From Saprospiraceae bacterium (GTDB lineage: Bacteria; Bacteroidota; Bacteroidia; Chitinophagales; Saprospiraceae): a stretch of 64,000 bases of DNA. The notes under the pieces were generated by a model. That model was not told the DNA's origin. It saw only the letters and a program-made list of their open reading frames with translations, and did no database searches. The stretch is taken from assembly GCA_021298335.1 (NCBI GenBank), contig JAJTEZ010000005.1:10822-74821 (forward strand), written 5' to 3'. Position numbers and translations under genes: made by a program. Each line of letters starts with the position of its first letter. Positions within the stretch are counted from its first letter, which is position 1. This document shows, in pieces, positions 48,574 to 57,819 of the stretch.

Positions 48574-49815
48574 TTACTCATAACGCAACGCCTCAATCGG
48601 ATCAAGCCTCGAAGCTTTCAGGGCTGGATACAACCCCGAAACCAAACCCACTACTATACAAACACTAAAACCCAGAATCATCCAATTCCAGGGGATAAAA
48701 AATCGCCCGTCCACCATTGTCGAGACCCCAAATCCCATCAGAATACCCAGAGAAACACCTACTACGCCTCCTAAAAGACAAATGACGATAGCCTCAATTA
48801 AAAACTGCAGAAGAATATTCCGCCTGGTGGCTCCAAGCGCCTTTCGAATTCCTATTTCTTTAGTCCTTTCTGTGACCGAAACGAGCATAATATTCATTAG
48901 CCCAATGGAAGCGCCCAGCAGCGTGAGCATCGCAATTACAACAGTACTCCACCTTAGTGTACTTGTCATGTCCTTTAGCTGATTCAGTATTCCGTCACTT
49001 TTTCTGATTTCAAAGTCATTCTCCTCAGAAACCTTGAGCTTTCTGGATTTGCGCATGGTACCAATAGCGTGATTGATTGCTTCTTCCATATCATTTTGCG
49101 CAGAAACAGCCACAGTGAGATTATAGGCCTTATCTGCATATCCATACAAAACCTTCGAATTGTACAAGGGGATGAAGACCCGACGGTCTGAAGACCCACC
49201 AGAGGCAGAACCCTTGCTTTTCAATGCTCCTATGACTTTGTATTTGTCACTATTGATAAAAATATCCTTACCAACAGCCTTCTCGGGGTTTTCCTGAAAC
49301 AAAACCTTGACAATATCGCTTCCAATAATCACTTTTTGATTTGTAGAATACACTTCATCATACGAAAAATTCCTGCCAGCCTCCAGCTCAAATGAAGAGT
49401 TATTCAGAAAATTTTCATCAATACCTGCTACCCTTACATTGGGGTTGGTTTTTTTAGTTCCATATTTTACCGTAGCATCAGATGTACAAAAGGACTCAAT
49501 AGCCACCTTTGCTGTGCCAAAAGCATAATTTGTTTTAAAATCCATCGCCTGGTCAAACAAAATGGGATCAGAAGGTTTTTGCTGCCTTCCTCTTTCCCTG
49601 TTTCTCAAGGATTCAGAAAGTGGTCTTATATTGAATGAATTTGCCCCCAGTCTGTTGAAATTATCGCTCATCGAAAACAAGATGCTGTCAATCGCTGTAA
49701 GTATGCCAACCAGGCAGGTGATTCCCACAGCAATAATCATGAGAGTGAGCATCGTACGCAGTAGATTGGAACGAACTGACCCCAAGGCAAGTTTGACATT
49801 TTCACTATAATGCAT
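48574..49815 (-). CDS. ABC transporter permease, FtsX/MacB-like
   Basis: N-terminal TM, MacB-type periplasmic domain, and C-terminal FtsX fold with ERTKEIGIRKALGA. Confidence 0.85.
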   Translation of the reverse strand: MHYSENVKLALGSVRSNLLRTMLTLMIIAVGITCLVGILTAIDSILFSMSDNFNRLGANSFNIRPLSESLRNRERGRQQKPSDPILFDQAMDFKTNYAFGTAKVAIESFCTSDATVKYGTKKTNPNVRVAGIDENFLNNSSFELEAGRNFSYDEVYSTNQKVIIGSDIVKVLFQENPEKAVGKDIFINSDKYKVIGALKSKGSASGGSSDRRVFIPLYNSKVLYGYADKAYNLTVAVSAQNDMEEAINHAIGTMRKSRKLKVSEENDFEIRKSDGILNQLKDMTSTLRWSTVVIAMLTLLGASIGLMNIMLVSVTERTKEIGIRKALGATRRNILLQFLIEAIVICLLGGVVGVSLGILMGFGVSTMVDGRFFIPWNWMILGFSVCIVVGLVSGLYPALKASRLDPIEALRYE

Positions 49816-49841
49816 ACTGATATTTCATGCGCGATTATTTG

Positions 49842-49849
49842 CAAAGATA
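49842..49849 (-). promoter_or_regulatory. Candidate -7 promoter box (TATCTTTG) for the permease gene
   Basis: Reverse complement of caaagata, 27 nt upstream of the ATG at 49815. Confidence 0.3.
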
Positions 49850-49948
49850 ATGGTCCTTCATCTTTCTTCGGCTTTTAATGGAGCAATGAGCCATCTATAT
49901 CGACAAAGGCACAATGCCTCCATTCCAGAATAAAGCTTCATGTTTTTT

Positions 49949-50290
49949 CTACCCTTTGTTTTCAGTATACCTGAAGGCAATGATGCGAGCAATCAAGTCA
50001 TATGGCATGGGCTGGTCTAATGGAAATTGCACTGACCCTTTACCCTGCTTGTATTTTGATAATTCTTCTGAAAAAGCACGATGTCCGGAAGGCGTTGCAT
50101 ACAATCCGATATGATGTTTAAATCCTGCAAAATATATAAGAGGCCTGCCATTTGTCTTATATGCAGGCATACCATAGCCAAACCCTTCAACTACTCCCGG
50201 GGCATTATCAAACACACAAATTCTGATCTTTTGAAGAATGATTTGTACTTCTTCCGGGAATGTCTGAATGTACTGGTCAACTGAAGTCAT
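49949..50290 (-). CDS. DUF1801 (YdhG-like) domain protein
   Basis: 113 aa; VDQYIQTFPEEVQIILQKIR...GYGMPAYK. Confidence 0.65.
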   Translation of the reverse strand: MTSVDQYIQTFPEEVQIILQKIRICVFDNAPGVVEGFGYGMPAYKTNGRPLIYFAGFKHHIGLYATPSGHRAFSEELSKYKQGKGSVQFPLDQPMPYDLIARIIAFRYTENKG

Positions 50291-50356
50291 TGGATCAAGT
50301 TCTTACTCTATTCCATAAAAATAAATCGTTTCCTTTGAATTCCCATCATCCATCTC

Positions 50357-51478
50357 TCATCTATATAACTGCATCGCCCTGCACACAGCATTATTTAAAC
50401 GTTGACTTGAACACCTGATACTTTCAGCGATTGTCTCTCCTTCCTCATGCAATGTGTAAATTGTGGGGTTGCCAAGAGTTGCCTTTTCAGTGGAAGTAAG
50501 TTCAGAGGTGCCGCAAAATATCAGACATGGCTTTTTATACAGTGAACACATTGCTGCAACACCACCAACACATTTTCCTTCCAGTGACATTCCGTCCAGC
50601 TTGCCTTCCCCTGTGATGACTATGTCTGCCAAAGCAATTTTTTGTTCCAATCGGTGTGCCCCTGAAAAAAAATCCCAGCCACTTCCAATACGTGCTTCTA
50701 AAAATACAGCTGCTCCGGCTGCAAGTCCTCCAGCAGCTCCTCCCCCTCGAACATTAGTGTGATAATGCCTGGGAAATTGTTCTAAAAATAATGATGAAAT
50801 GTGGTCTGTACCTTGAGCAAGAACTCGGATGTCGGAAGAAGAAGCCCCTTTTTGAGGTGCAAAAAGGATGGCCCCCCTTTCTCCTGTAAGCGGAACCAGG
50901 ACATCGGCCCAGACCTTGAAGCTGATTCCGTCCAGAAGTTTCGTATCCAATGTCTTAGTTATCTTTTGAATCCTTGTCAATGTGCCGCCTGAAGGAATAA
51001 ATATACTGCCTGCAACATCTGAGAATTTGTATCCAAGAGCAGCTGCCATGCCGGTGCCTACGTCATGAGTGCCACTGCCCCCAAGAAAAAGATGCACCTC
51101 TGTACATCCATGAAGAATCGCGTGACTGATCATCATGCCTACACCAAAAGTATTCGTTTGAATCGGATTCCTTTCAGATTCTTCAAGCAACATCAAGCCG
51201 CAACTTTGGCTTGTTTCAATATAGGCCTTATTATCCTTCCTCAAATACATGGCATCGATTAAGCGACCCAATCCATCATTCACCTGGCAATACACTTCTT
51301 CGCATTGCAAGGCCTCTTGTAAAGACATTAAACTGCCCTCCCCTCCATCAGCAACAGAAATGCCTTCACAGAAACTATGCGGGTGTTGTTCACGACATGC
51401 TTCTGTGATTACGTGAATGACTTCAGCAGAATTCATCGAACCCTTGAATTTATCTGGGATTATCAAGATGCGCATCAT
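50357..51478 (-). CDS. Glycerate kinase
   Basis: RILIIPDKFKGS, VADGGEG, TGEGKLD. Confidence 0.85.
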   Translation of the reverse strand: MMRILIIPDKFKGSMNSAEVIHVITEACREQHPHSFCEGISVADGGEGSLMSLQEALQCEEVYCQVNDGLGRLIDAMYLRKDNKAYIETSQSCGLMLLEESERNPIQTNTFGVGMMISHAILHGCTEVHLFLGGSGTHDVGTGMAAALGYKFSDVAGSIFIPSGGTLTRIQKITKTLDTKLLDGISFKVWADVLVPLTGERGAILFAPQKGASSSDIRVLAQGTDHISSLFLEQFPRHYHTNVRGGGAAGGLAAGAAVFLEARIGSGWDFFSGAHRLEQKIALADIVITGEGKLDGMSLEGKCVGGVAAMCSLYKKPCLIFCGTSELTSTEKATLGNPTIYTLHEEGETIAESIRCSSQRLNNAVCRAMQLYR

Positions 51479-51564
51479 GAAAAGAACTGAACGTGATGAA
51501 CTAATAAAGATAGGGGTGAAGGAGCATAGTTTTAATAAAAATCAACATGTTTTTATAAAAAGAA

Positions 51565-51594
51565 AACAGACAATCAACTTTTTGATTGTCTGTT
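51565..51594 (-). terminator. Rho-independent terminator (end of the mutY-ssb-gldE-gldD transcription unit)
   Basis: 13-bp perfect stem AACAGACAATCAA / TTGATTGTCTGTT with a 4-nt loop. In the - sense it is followed by TTCTTTTTAT. Confidence 0.6.
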
Positions 51595-51877
51595 ATTCTA
51601 ATCATTAAAGCCACATTATTTCTTGTTTTCTTTCATATAACACAAAGATGCATTAAAAATTGTATGCAAAACGAGTACAATTCTTTTGAAATTGTGGTTT
51701 TTAAGGAATTTAATTTCTTAATAATGTGCTGTAATTCAGTTGTTTATGGCGTTAATTTTGCTATTTTAAAGCATTGTTTTCACTTTCTAATTTAGAAAAC
51801 ATTAACTTTTTTAACAAAACGCTATGAGCATGAGAATCGCTTCACGACTCAGATCGCTGTTTGAGACAGAGTCTTGT

Positions 51878-52471
51878 TTAGTTTTTCCAACGAAAACTCG
51901 TAATGAGCGTATCAATATCCTGGCGCAAAAATTTCAATACCGGACGAGTTGAGTCAGGATCAACCTTTGCATTGAAATACAGAGAGGCGCGGAAAAAATG
52001 ATGTTGTTCATCCGTGAGGTAAAACTGCAAAGGGCTTGCAACAGGACCCTCCATTTCAAATAAAATACCCTTGACTCCGTGTGCATTGACAATTTCTGAC
52101 TCTTTCCTGTAATTCGCCTTGATATTATGCTTTCCGGCAAGAGCAAAAACATCGTTGATGAGTAAGGATAGAGTTTTTTCCTTTGTGATGGGATAATAAC
52201 TGCAATGCAGGCTTGCATTCAGTTCCGGCACCTGAAGATCAAACCAACAATCAGACCCCGGTTTGCCATCGAATAAGAAAGAATCTCTGACAACTTTACT
52301 ATACATGGCCTGTCGAAAGGTGAAGGCGCAGTCCGTTTTTTGAAATTCCCCAAATTGCTTGTCCGGATATACCACGCGCGGATACATCCTGGGGCGAGGA
52401 ATTCTGATTGTTTCTTCGCTGCATGCCTGCAAAATGATGACAAGCAAACAGATATATTTAATCATTTTCAT
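51878..52471 (-). CDS. gldD: Gliding motility lipoprotein GldD
   Basis: Lipobox ILQACS, RIPRPRMYPRVVYPDKQF. Lies immediately downstream of gldE, as in Flavobacterium johnsoniae. Confidence 0.75.
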   Translation of the reverse strand: MKMIKYICLLVIILQACSEETIRIPRPRMYPRVVYPDKQFGEFQKTDCAFTFRQAMYSKVVRDSFLFDGKPGSDCWFDLQVPELNASLHCSYYPITKEKTLSLLINDVFALAGKHNIKANYRKESEIVNAHGVKGILFEMEGPVASPLQFYLTDEQHHFFRASLYFNAKVDPDSTRPVLKFLRQDIDTLITSFRWKN

Positions 52472-53783
52472 GGTGCACTATCTCTAATTTTATCCTCTCA
52501 ATCCTGTTTTTATTCACATTCTCTACGCTAAGAACAATGTTTCCAAATTGAAAAACACGGCCTATCACAGGCAAATTTCCAGAAGCCTCTACCAATAACC
52601 CTCCCAGCGAGTCAGCCTCTTTTCTAAATGTATCAAAAAAGCCTGATGAAATTCCCGCAATTCTGCACACGTCCTGGATTAGCGTTTTGCCATCAAATAA
52701 AAACTGATTGTCTTTAATCTTTAAAAATACCTGCTCATCTTCTCCATCAAACTCATCTTTAATTTCGCCTACAAGTTCCTCCATTACATCTTCCAGCGTT
52801 GCAATTCCCGATGTTCCGCCGTACTCATCCACAATAATTGCCATGTGTTGCCGGTTGTTTTGGAACTCGCGCAGCAACATGTCTACGCGTATTGATTCGG
52901 GAACAAAGAGAATGTCCTCCCTGATCAGCTTCGTCCAGTCGTGATTGTCTTGCCCCAAAGCCAACGGCAAAATATCCTTTACAACCAAAATACCGGAAAT
53001 CGTATCCAGTTCACCATGAAATACCGGAAACCTCGAGTAACCCGTGGTTTTTATGTATGCCAGTACTTCTTCAAATTTCCACGAATCAGAAATGGCTGAT
53101 ATATCCATTCGCGGGCACATAATTTGCCTCGCTGTGATAAATCTCAAGTCCCTGACATCCTGTAGATTGACATCATCATCGTGGTCAACCTCCTGATCGC
53201 CTTCAAAACTTGAGGTAGTCTGTAATAAAAAGGATTTATCCGAATTTTCCTGGGATTGCACCACAGATGCCTCTCCTGTAAACCACTTGATCTGTATATA
53301 AATAACAGGAAACAATGGCAAAAATAACCAGCGAAAAATGTGGGCATATTTTTGATGTGTTGACTGAGTAATGTTCAACTCCAGGAGAGGCATTACTGCC
53401 TCAAGAACAATCACAATCAGCAATGTGCAAATCCATGACGGAGCATTATAGAAAATGTGGTAGGCATGAATAATGTCCTTTTGAAAAAATACAGTTTGTA
53501 TCAAGAAAAAAAAACATACATATACCAACATCATAGATACCCTGGCAAAATACAGGGAAGCATTCCTGGAGGCACGACGCGAATCTTTGTTTCTCAATAG
53601 TGTGCGGAAGAATTTGATAGTATTCATCCAGCCCGATGCAGCCTGAATTCTCGCCTCAGAAAAATAGATGTATGCCTGCAGCAAAAAAAAGAAACATCCA
53701 AACGTGAGTAAAATTGTTCCCGGCACTCCTGTTGCACTGGAAAAGAAATGTTCGGCTTGTTCTGTTAATGGATCTGTATCCAA
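52458..53783 (-). CDS. gldE: Gliding motility-associated protein GldE (membrane domain + CBS pair + CorC/HlyC C-terminal domain)
   Basis: CBS region ARQIMCPRMDI...; MAIIVDEYGGTSGIATLEDVMEELVGEI; synteny with ssb and mutY. Confidence 0.75.
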   Translation of the reverse strand: MDTDPLTEQAEHFFSSATGVPGTILLTFGCFFFLLQAYIYFSEARIQAASGWMNTIKFFRTLLRNKDSRRASRNASLYFARVSMMLVYVCFFFLIQTVFFQKDIIHAYHIFYNAPSWICTLLIVIVLEAVMPLLELNITQSTHQKYAHIFRWLFLPLFPVIYIQIKWFTGEASVVQSQENSDKSFLLQTTSSFEGDQEVDHDDDVNLQDVRDLRFITARQIMCPRMDISAISDSWKFEEVLAYIKTTGYSRFPVFHGELDTISGILVVKDILPLALGQDNHDWTKLIREDILFVPESIRVDMLLREFQNNRQHMAIIVDEYGGTSGIATLEDVMEELVGEIKDEFDGEDEQVFLKIKDNQFLFDGKTLIQDVCRIAGISSGFFDTFRKEADSLGGLLVEASGNLPVIGRVFQFGNIVLSVENVNKNRIERIKLEIVHHEND

Positions 53784-53810
53784 AATTAGGTGTGTTTTTC
53801 GAGTGTGTCC

Positions 53811-54257
53811 TTAAAAAGGCAAATCATTGTCATCAGGCACACCAGATGGGGTGCTTGTTGTCTGACTGGTTTTGGACTGAAAGTCATCCTCAATTCCGGG
53901 GAATCCAGCAGAAATACCCGGCTGACGTACTTCCCGTTTTTCCAGCGACTGTATTACGGATGCCACAATTTCGGTCACCGTCCTTTCAACACCTTCCTTG
54001 TCTTGATACTTTCTGTGTGTGAGTTTCCCCTCTACAAAGACTAAATGACCTTTTTTCAAGTCCCTTTCTGCTTTTTCTGCAAGTCCACGCCAAACTACGA
54101 TCGTGTGCCATTCCGTCAATGTCTGCCACTGGTCATTTTTGTCGCGATAGTTCTCATTTGTAGCCAGCGAAAAAGTGCCTACTTTCGTCCCGTTTTCAAG
54201 AGTTCTGATTTCCGGATCCCTCCCTAAATTACCTATTAGCGTTACTTTATTAAACAT
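53811..54257 (-). CDS. ssb: Single-stranded DNA-binding protein
   Basis: MFNKVTLIGNLGRDPEIR, OB fold, and acidic tail DDNDLPF. Confidence 0.95.
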   Translation of the reverse strand: MFNKVTLIGNLGRDPEIRTLENGTKVGTFSLATNENYRDKNDQWQTLTEWHTIVVWRGLAEKAERDLKKGHLVFVEGKLTHRKYQDKEGVERTVTEIVASVIQSLEKREVRQPGISAGFPGIEDDFQSKTSQTTSTPSGVPDDNDLPF

Positions 54258-54309
54258 GTTTTTTCATTTTTGTTTGGTATTCCAAATGACGGTATTGTTC
54301 ACACTGTTT

Positions 54310-55434
54310 TTATTCCCCGGATTCCGCCATACTCAGTCCATTTGAGTATGCATTTGACCTGATATATTCCGAAACTAATTTAGGAAATGCAAATTTTGAT
54401 ACTTTTTCCCGTTCCACCAAATATAGGTCGGTATTTTTTATGATATTTAACTTGTTCACTTTCAATTTATAAAAATTTCCATAAATCTTCTGGTGTGATA
54501 AAACCTGGCTGGACTTTGCAATCAACGGGTAAGTTGACAAAGCAGGTGTTGTCTGACCTGTTATTGAAAACATTAAACCATCAAAGTCTTCCTTTCTAAG
54601 AATATACTCCTGGGCAGTTTCTATGAGAGGTAATTGAAAAAGCCTTGGCCAGATTTCACCTGAAGTCCGTTGCTGGATTAGTGTGTGTCCGTCTTCGCAT
54701 TCAATATCCAAAAAGTGAAAATACCTTTTTACTAGTGGTTGTTTTTTTTTCTTTACCGGAATTTCAGTGGTTTTTTCTTCCTGAAATGCCCTGCAGTATT
54801 CAGACAAAACACATACCTGACAGTTGGGTCTTCCGGGAGTACACTGTAACGAACCAAAGTCCATCAAGGCTTGGTTAAAATCTTCTGGCACAGCAAACTC
54901 GATGGCCTTTTCCAGAAACTGTTGGATTTCTTTTACCGTAGCCGGTTGCTGTATATCTGAGGTAATACCAAGGACTCTGCTTATCAGACGCAATACATTA
55001 CCATCAATTACCGGATGAGGTAGCCCAAAAGAAAACGATGCAATTGCTGCGGCAGTATACGGGCCAATTCCCTTCAATTGACTTAATTCCTGAATTGTAG
55101 TTGGAAAGGCTCCCTGGTTTTGTTCCACAAGATATTTTGCAGTAAAATGCATATTTCTCGCCCGGTTATAATAACCGAGCCCTTCCCAAGTCTTTAATAG
55201 CAACTCCTCTGGTGCAGAAGCGAGAATATCTATAGTCGGAAAGACGGTTAGAAATCGATCGAAGTATTTCTTGCCCTGTTCCACCCTGGTTTGTTGAAGA
55301 ATAATTTCAGAAACCCAGACTTTGTACGGATCCGTAGATTTTTTCCAGGGGAGGTCCCTTTTATGCTCCAGCCACCAGTTTAGCAACTCTGAAGAAAAGC
55401 GGGCAGGCAGTACCGAAACATTCATTTTTAGCAT
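54310..55434 (-). CDS. mutY: A/G-specific adenine DNA glycosylase
   Basis: WYLEHKRDLPW-like N-terminus, VSEIILQQTRV, Fe-S cysteines CTPGRPNCQVCVLSEYC, and a NUDIX-like C-terminal domain. Confidence 0.9.
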   Translation of the reverse strand: MLKMNVSVLPARFSSELLNWWLEHKRDLPWKKSTDPYKVWVSEIILQQTRVEQGKKYFDRFLTVFPTIDILASAPEELLLKTWEGLGYYNRARNMHFTAKYLVEQNQGAFPTTIQELSQLKGIGPYTAAAIASFSFGLPHPVIDGNVLRLISRVLGITSDIQQPATVKEIQQFLEKAIEFAVPEDFNQALMDFGSLQCTPGRPNCQVCVLSEYCRAFQEEKTTEIPVKKKKQPLVKRYFHFLDIECEDGHTLIQQRTSGEIWPRLFQLPLIETAQEYILRKEDFDGLMFSITGQTTPALSTYPLIAKSSQVLSHQKIYGNFYKLKVNKLNIIKNTDLYLVEREKVSKFAFPKLVSEYIRSNAYSNGLSMAESGE

Positions 55435-55461
55435 TCACCCGTAAAATACGGCATAAAACCT

Positions 55462-55998
55462 TTAGGCTGACATAGATCTTACCAGGGAAAAGTCGCCATA
55501 ACTCTCCTTAATCATCTCCTTTAATGCTTTCCGAGCAAAAAATATCCGACTCTTGACTGTTCCCAAGGGAAGATTAAATTCATCCGCAATTTCCTGGTAC
55601 TTGAACCCCTCAAAGTGCATGACAAATGGAATTCTGATGCTGTCTTCCAATGACTCAATCATCGCATTCAATTCTGCAAGAAGTATGTTTCTGTTCGCAT
55701 CATTCTCGGTAGCAACGCTACCTGAATTAATGAAATATAAATTGTCGGTAGAATCAATAATCGTGTTTGATTTGGCCTTTTTACGATAGTTGTTTATGAA
55801 GATATTCTTCATAATCGTAAAAGTCCAGGCCTTAAAATTAGTATCAGGTCTGAATTTGTCCCGATTCGTGATTGCCCGGATTGCCGTCTCCTGATACAAA
55901 TCCCTCGCGTCTTCGGTATTTTTAGTCAAATTATACGCAAACGCATTAAGTGAATCTGTAAGCACCTCAAAATTCTTATCAAACTCCAGGGTAGACAT
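55462..55998 (-). CDS. ECF-type sigma-70 family RNA polymerase sigma factor
   Basis: Region 2 DLYQETAIRAI..FKAWTFTIMKNIFINNYRK; region 4 YQEIADEFNLPLGTVKSRIFFARKALK. Confidence 0.85.
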   Translation of the reverse strand: MSTLEFDKNFEVLTDSLNAFAYNLTKNTEDARDLYQETAIRAITNRDKFRPDTNFKAWTFTIMKNIFINNYRKKAKSNTIIDSTDNLYFINSGSVATENDANRNILLAELNAMIESLEDSIRIPFVMHFEGFKYQEIADEFNLPLGTVKSRIFFARKALKEMIKESYGDFSLVRSMSA

Positions 55999-56019
55999 TT
56001 TCTATCATTTTTGTTGCAA

Positions 56020-56035
56020 CAAATGTACAAAGTTA
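56020..56035 (-). promoter_or_regulatory. Candidate promoter: two adjacent TAnnTTTG boxes upstream of the sigma gene 55462..55998
   Basis: In the - sense, TAACTTTG followed directly by TACATTTG, 21 nt before the ATG. Confidence 0.3.
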
Positions 56036-56153
56036 TTGAACAACTATCAACAACATGAAATACCATGAATGTTAAAAAAAACCTAAAGTGTCGCAACGAT
56101 AAATCTTTTTCCGGATTTTAGTCCGAAAAACAATGCTATAAAGTATCCGCGAA

Positions 56154-56690
56154 TTACGCAATCATTGATCTGACAGTCGGATAATCACCGTAACTTTTAT
56201 AGATCTGCTCCTTAAGTGCTTTTCTGGCAAAAAATATGCGACTTTTCACCGTTCCCAACGGTAAATCAAACATTTCGGCAATTTCATTGTACTTGTAGCC
56301 CTCATGGTGCATCACGAAAGGAATTCTTATGGAGTCTTCCAATGAATCTATCATAGTCTGCAATTCTTTCATCAGAATATTTCTGTTGCCATCATTGTGC
56401 GACGTGTGCTGCCCGTTGTCAATATAGTATGTATTGTCCGTTGCATCGAGAATTGTATTGGCCTTTACTTTCTTTCTATAGTTATTGATAAAGATGTTTT
56501 TCATAATTGTGAATGTCCATGCCTTAAAATTAGTCTCCGGCCTAAATTTATCCCTGTTGTGTATGGCTCTGAAAGCAGTTTCCTGGTATAAATCCTTTGC
56601 ATCTTCAGTATTCTTGGTTAGGCTGTATGCAAATGCATTGAGTGACTCCGTAAGGAAATTCAGATTCTGGTTAAATTCAATGATTGACAT
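56154..56690 (-). CDS. ECF-type sigma-70 family RNA polymerase sigma factor, tandem paralogue
   Basis: Same 178-aa length. By hand alignment, roughly three quarters of residues are identical to the downstream copy. Confidence 0.85.
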   Translation of the reverse strand: MSIIEFNQNLNFLTESLNAFAYSLTKNTEDAKDLYQETAFRAIHNRDKFRPETNFKAWTFTIMKNIFINNYRKKVKANTILDATDNTYYIDNGQHTSHNDGNRNILMKELQTMIDSLEDSIRIPFVMHHEGYKYNEIAEMFDLPLGTVKSRIFFARKALKEQIYKSYGDYPTVRSMIA

Positions 56691-56707
56691 GGCTATTTAA
56701 TTTCAGA

Positions 56708-56715
56708 CAAAGATA
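56708..56715 (-). promoter_or_regulatory. Candidate -7 box (TATCTTTG) upstream of the sigma gene 56154..56690
   Basis: Reverse complement of caaagata, 17 nt upstream of the ATG. Confidence 0.3.
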
Positions 56716-56807
56716 CATAATGTTCAATGTTTTTAAACAAATTGTTGAACAAAATTGCTGAAAGTTTTTGTCAAAGGAAATTTATACCTAAATAGCTGCA
56801 GAAGTCC

Positions 56808-57248
56808 TTAGTAAAAATCTTCGACTCTTACTTCATACACCAACACTTCTCCTTCTCTGACACCAAACGGGGCATTGTTGCCATACGCTTCTCCGGGAGG
56901 TATCACGATCACACCTTTTCCTTTACGACCAAACAAAGCAAGTCCCTTACGTAGGCCGGGTATTGCAGTGGAAAGTACAATTTTTACTGGGGCATCAGCG
57001 GGAGAAGCATCAAATACCGCGTCGTCCAGGTATTTTGCAGTGTAATCAAAGGTGATAGTTTGTGTTTGTACAGGCTTTTCTTCCTCTCCCATGTCTTGAA
57101 AGTACACATAGACGCCCAGTGTATCTGTAAAGAGATAGCCCTTTTCTTTGCCGTAGCTGGCAATTTCTTCTTCAAACACCAAATCAGCCTTTCCACATGA
57201 GGTAGTCAGCACAATGACGACCCACAACAGGTTCCGGTAGTTGTTCAC
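56808..57248 (-). CDS. FKBP-type peptidyl-prolyl cis-trans isomerase lipoprotein
   Basis: Lipobox LTTSCG; FKBP C-terminal half ...GLRKGLALFGRKGKGVIVIPPGEAYG...LVYEVRVEDF. Confidence 0.75.
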   Translation of the reverse strand: MNNYRNLLWVVIVLTTSCGKADLVFEEEIASYGKEKGYLFTDTLGVYVYFQDMGEEEKPVQTQTITFDYTAKYLDDAVFDASPADAPVKIVLSTAIPGLRKGLALFGRKGKGVIVIPPGEAYGNNAPFGVREGEVLVYEVRVEDFY

Positions 57249-57263
57249 CTTTAAACTAGTTTT

Positions 57264-57704
57264 TTAAAAATTGAATACCTCTATGTCAAAAATCAGAACC
57301 GCATTTGTACGGCCGGCAATATTCTGACTTCCATAAGCATATTTTGAAGGAATCAGTAACATCCCTTTTCCTCCTTTACCAAATTTAGGGATACCGATCT
57401 GCCATCCCTGAATCACAGAGTACAATGGAAAGGTCGCTTTTTCAGCTGCATCAAAAACCTGGCCATCCAAAAAATATCCTTTGTAGGTGACTGTCACCTG
57501 ACTGGTGATTTTTGGTTTTTCAGATGAACCCTCTGCCGTCGTCACATAATATATACCATCTGCTGTTTTTGTGGCCGTAAGGTTTTTGGTATTGATGTAT
57601 TCTTCAATGAGCCGAATATCTTCTGTAAACTGTTCTTCAACAGACAACTGGTCGTCTCCACACGACACTAAAAATGCAACACAAAAGAAAAACAAGTACT
57701 TCAT
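57264..57704 (-). CDS. FKBP-type peptidyl-prolyl cis-trans isomerase lipoprotein
   Basis: Lipobox FLVSCG; YKGYFLDGQVFD..VIQGWQIGIPKFGKGGKGMLLIPSKYAYG..LIFDIEV. Confidence 0.85.
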   Translation of the reverse strand: MKYLFFFCVAFLVSCGDDQLSVEEQFTEDIRLIEEYINTKNLTATKTADGIYYVTTAEGSSEKPKITSQVTVTYKGYFLDGQVFDAAEKATFPLYSVIQGWQIGIPKFGKGGKGMLLIPSKYAYGSQNIAGRTNAVLIFDIEVFNF

Positions 57705-57819
57705 ATCTTTATTTTTATATTGTCACTCTTTGTGTGACTGATTATCAAAACCATATGGAATGTGCATGAGAAAAAAATTCAAACTGCTTATGCAACCGAT
57801 TCATGTGCATTCCATACAT

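Noticed and set aside
51586-51866. Small ORFs in the AT-rich gap after gldD: 69 aa at 51586..51795, and an ATG at 51824 running into gldD on the opposite strand.
   Set aside because: They are hydrophobic and low-complexity products of AT-rich DNA with no motifs, and one overlaps the gldD 3' end antisense. The gap is more likely non-coding.
56105-56135. An imperfect hairpin (TTTTTCCGGA-N6-TCCGAAAAA) after the upstream sigma gene could be a terminator.
   Set aside because: The stem is short, AT-rich and bulged. No T-tract follows it in the transcribed (-) sense.
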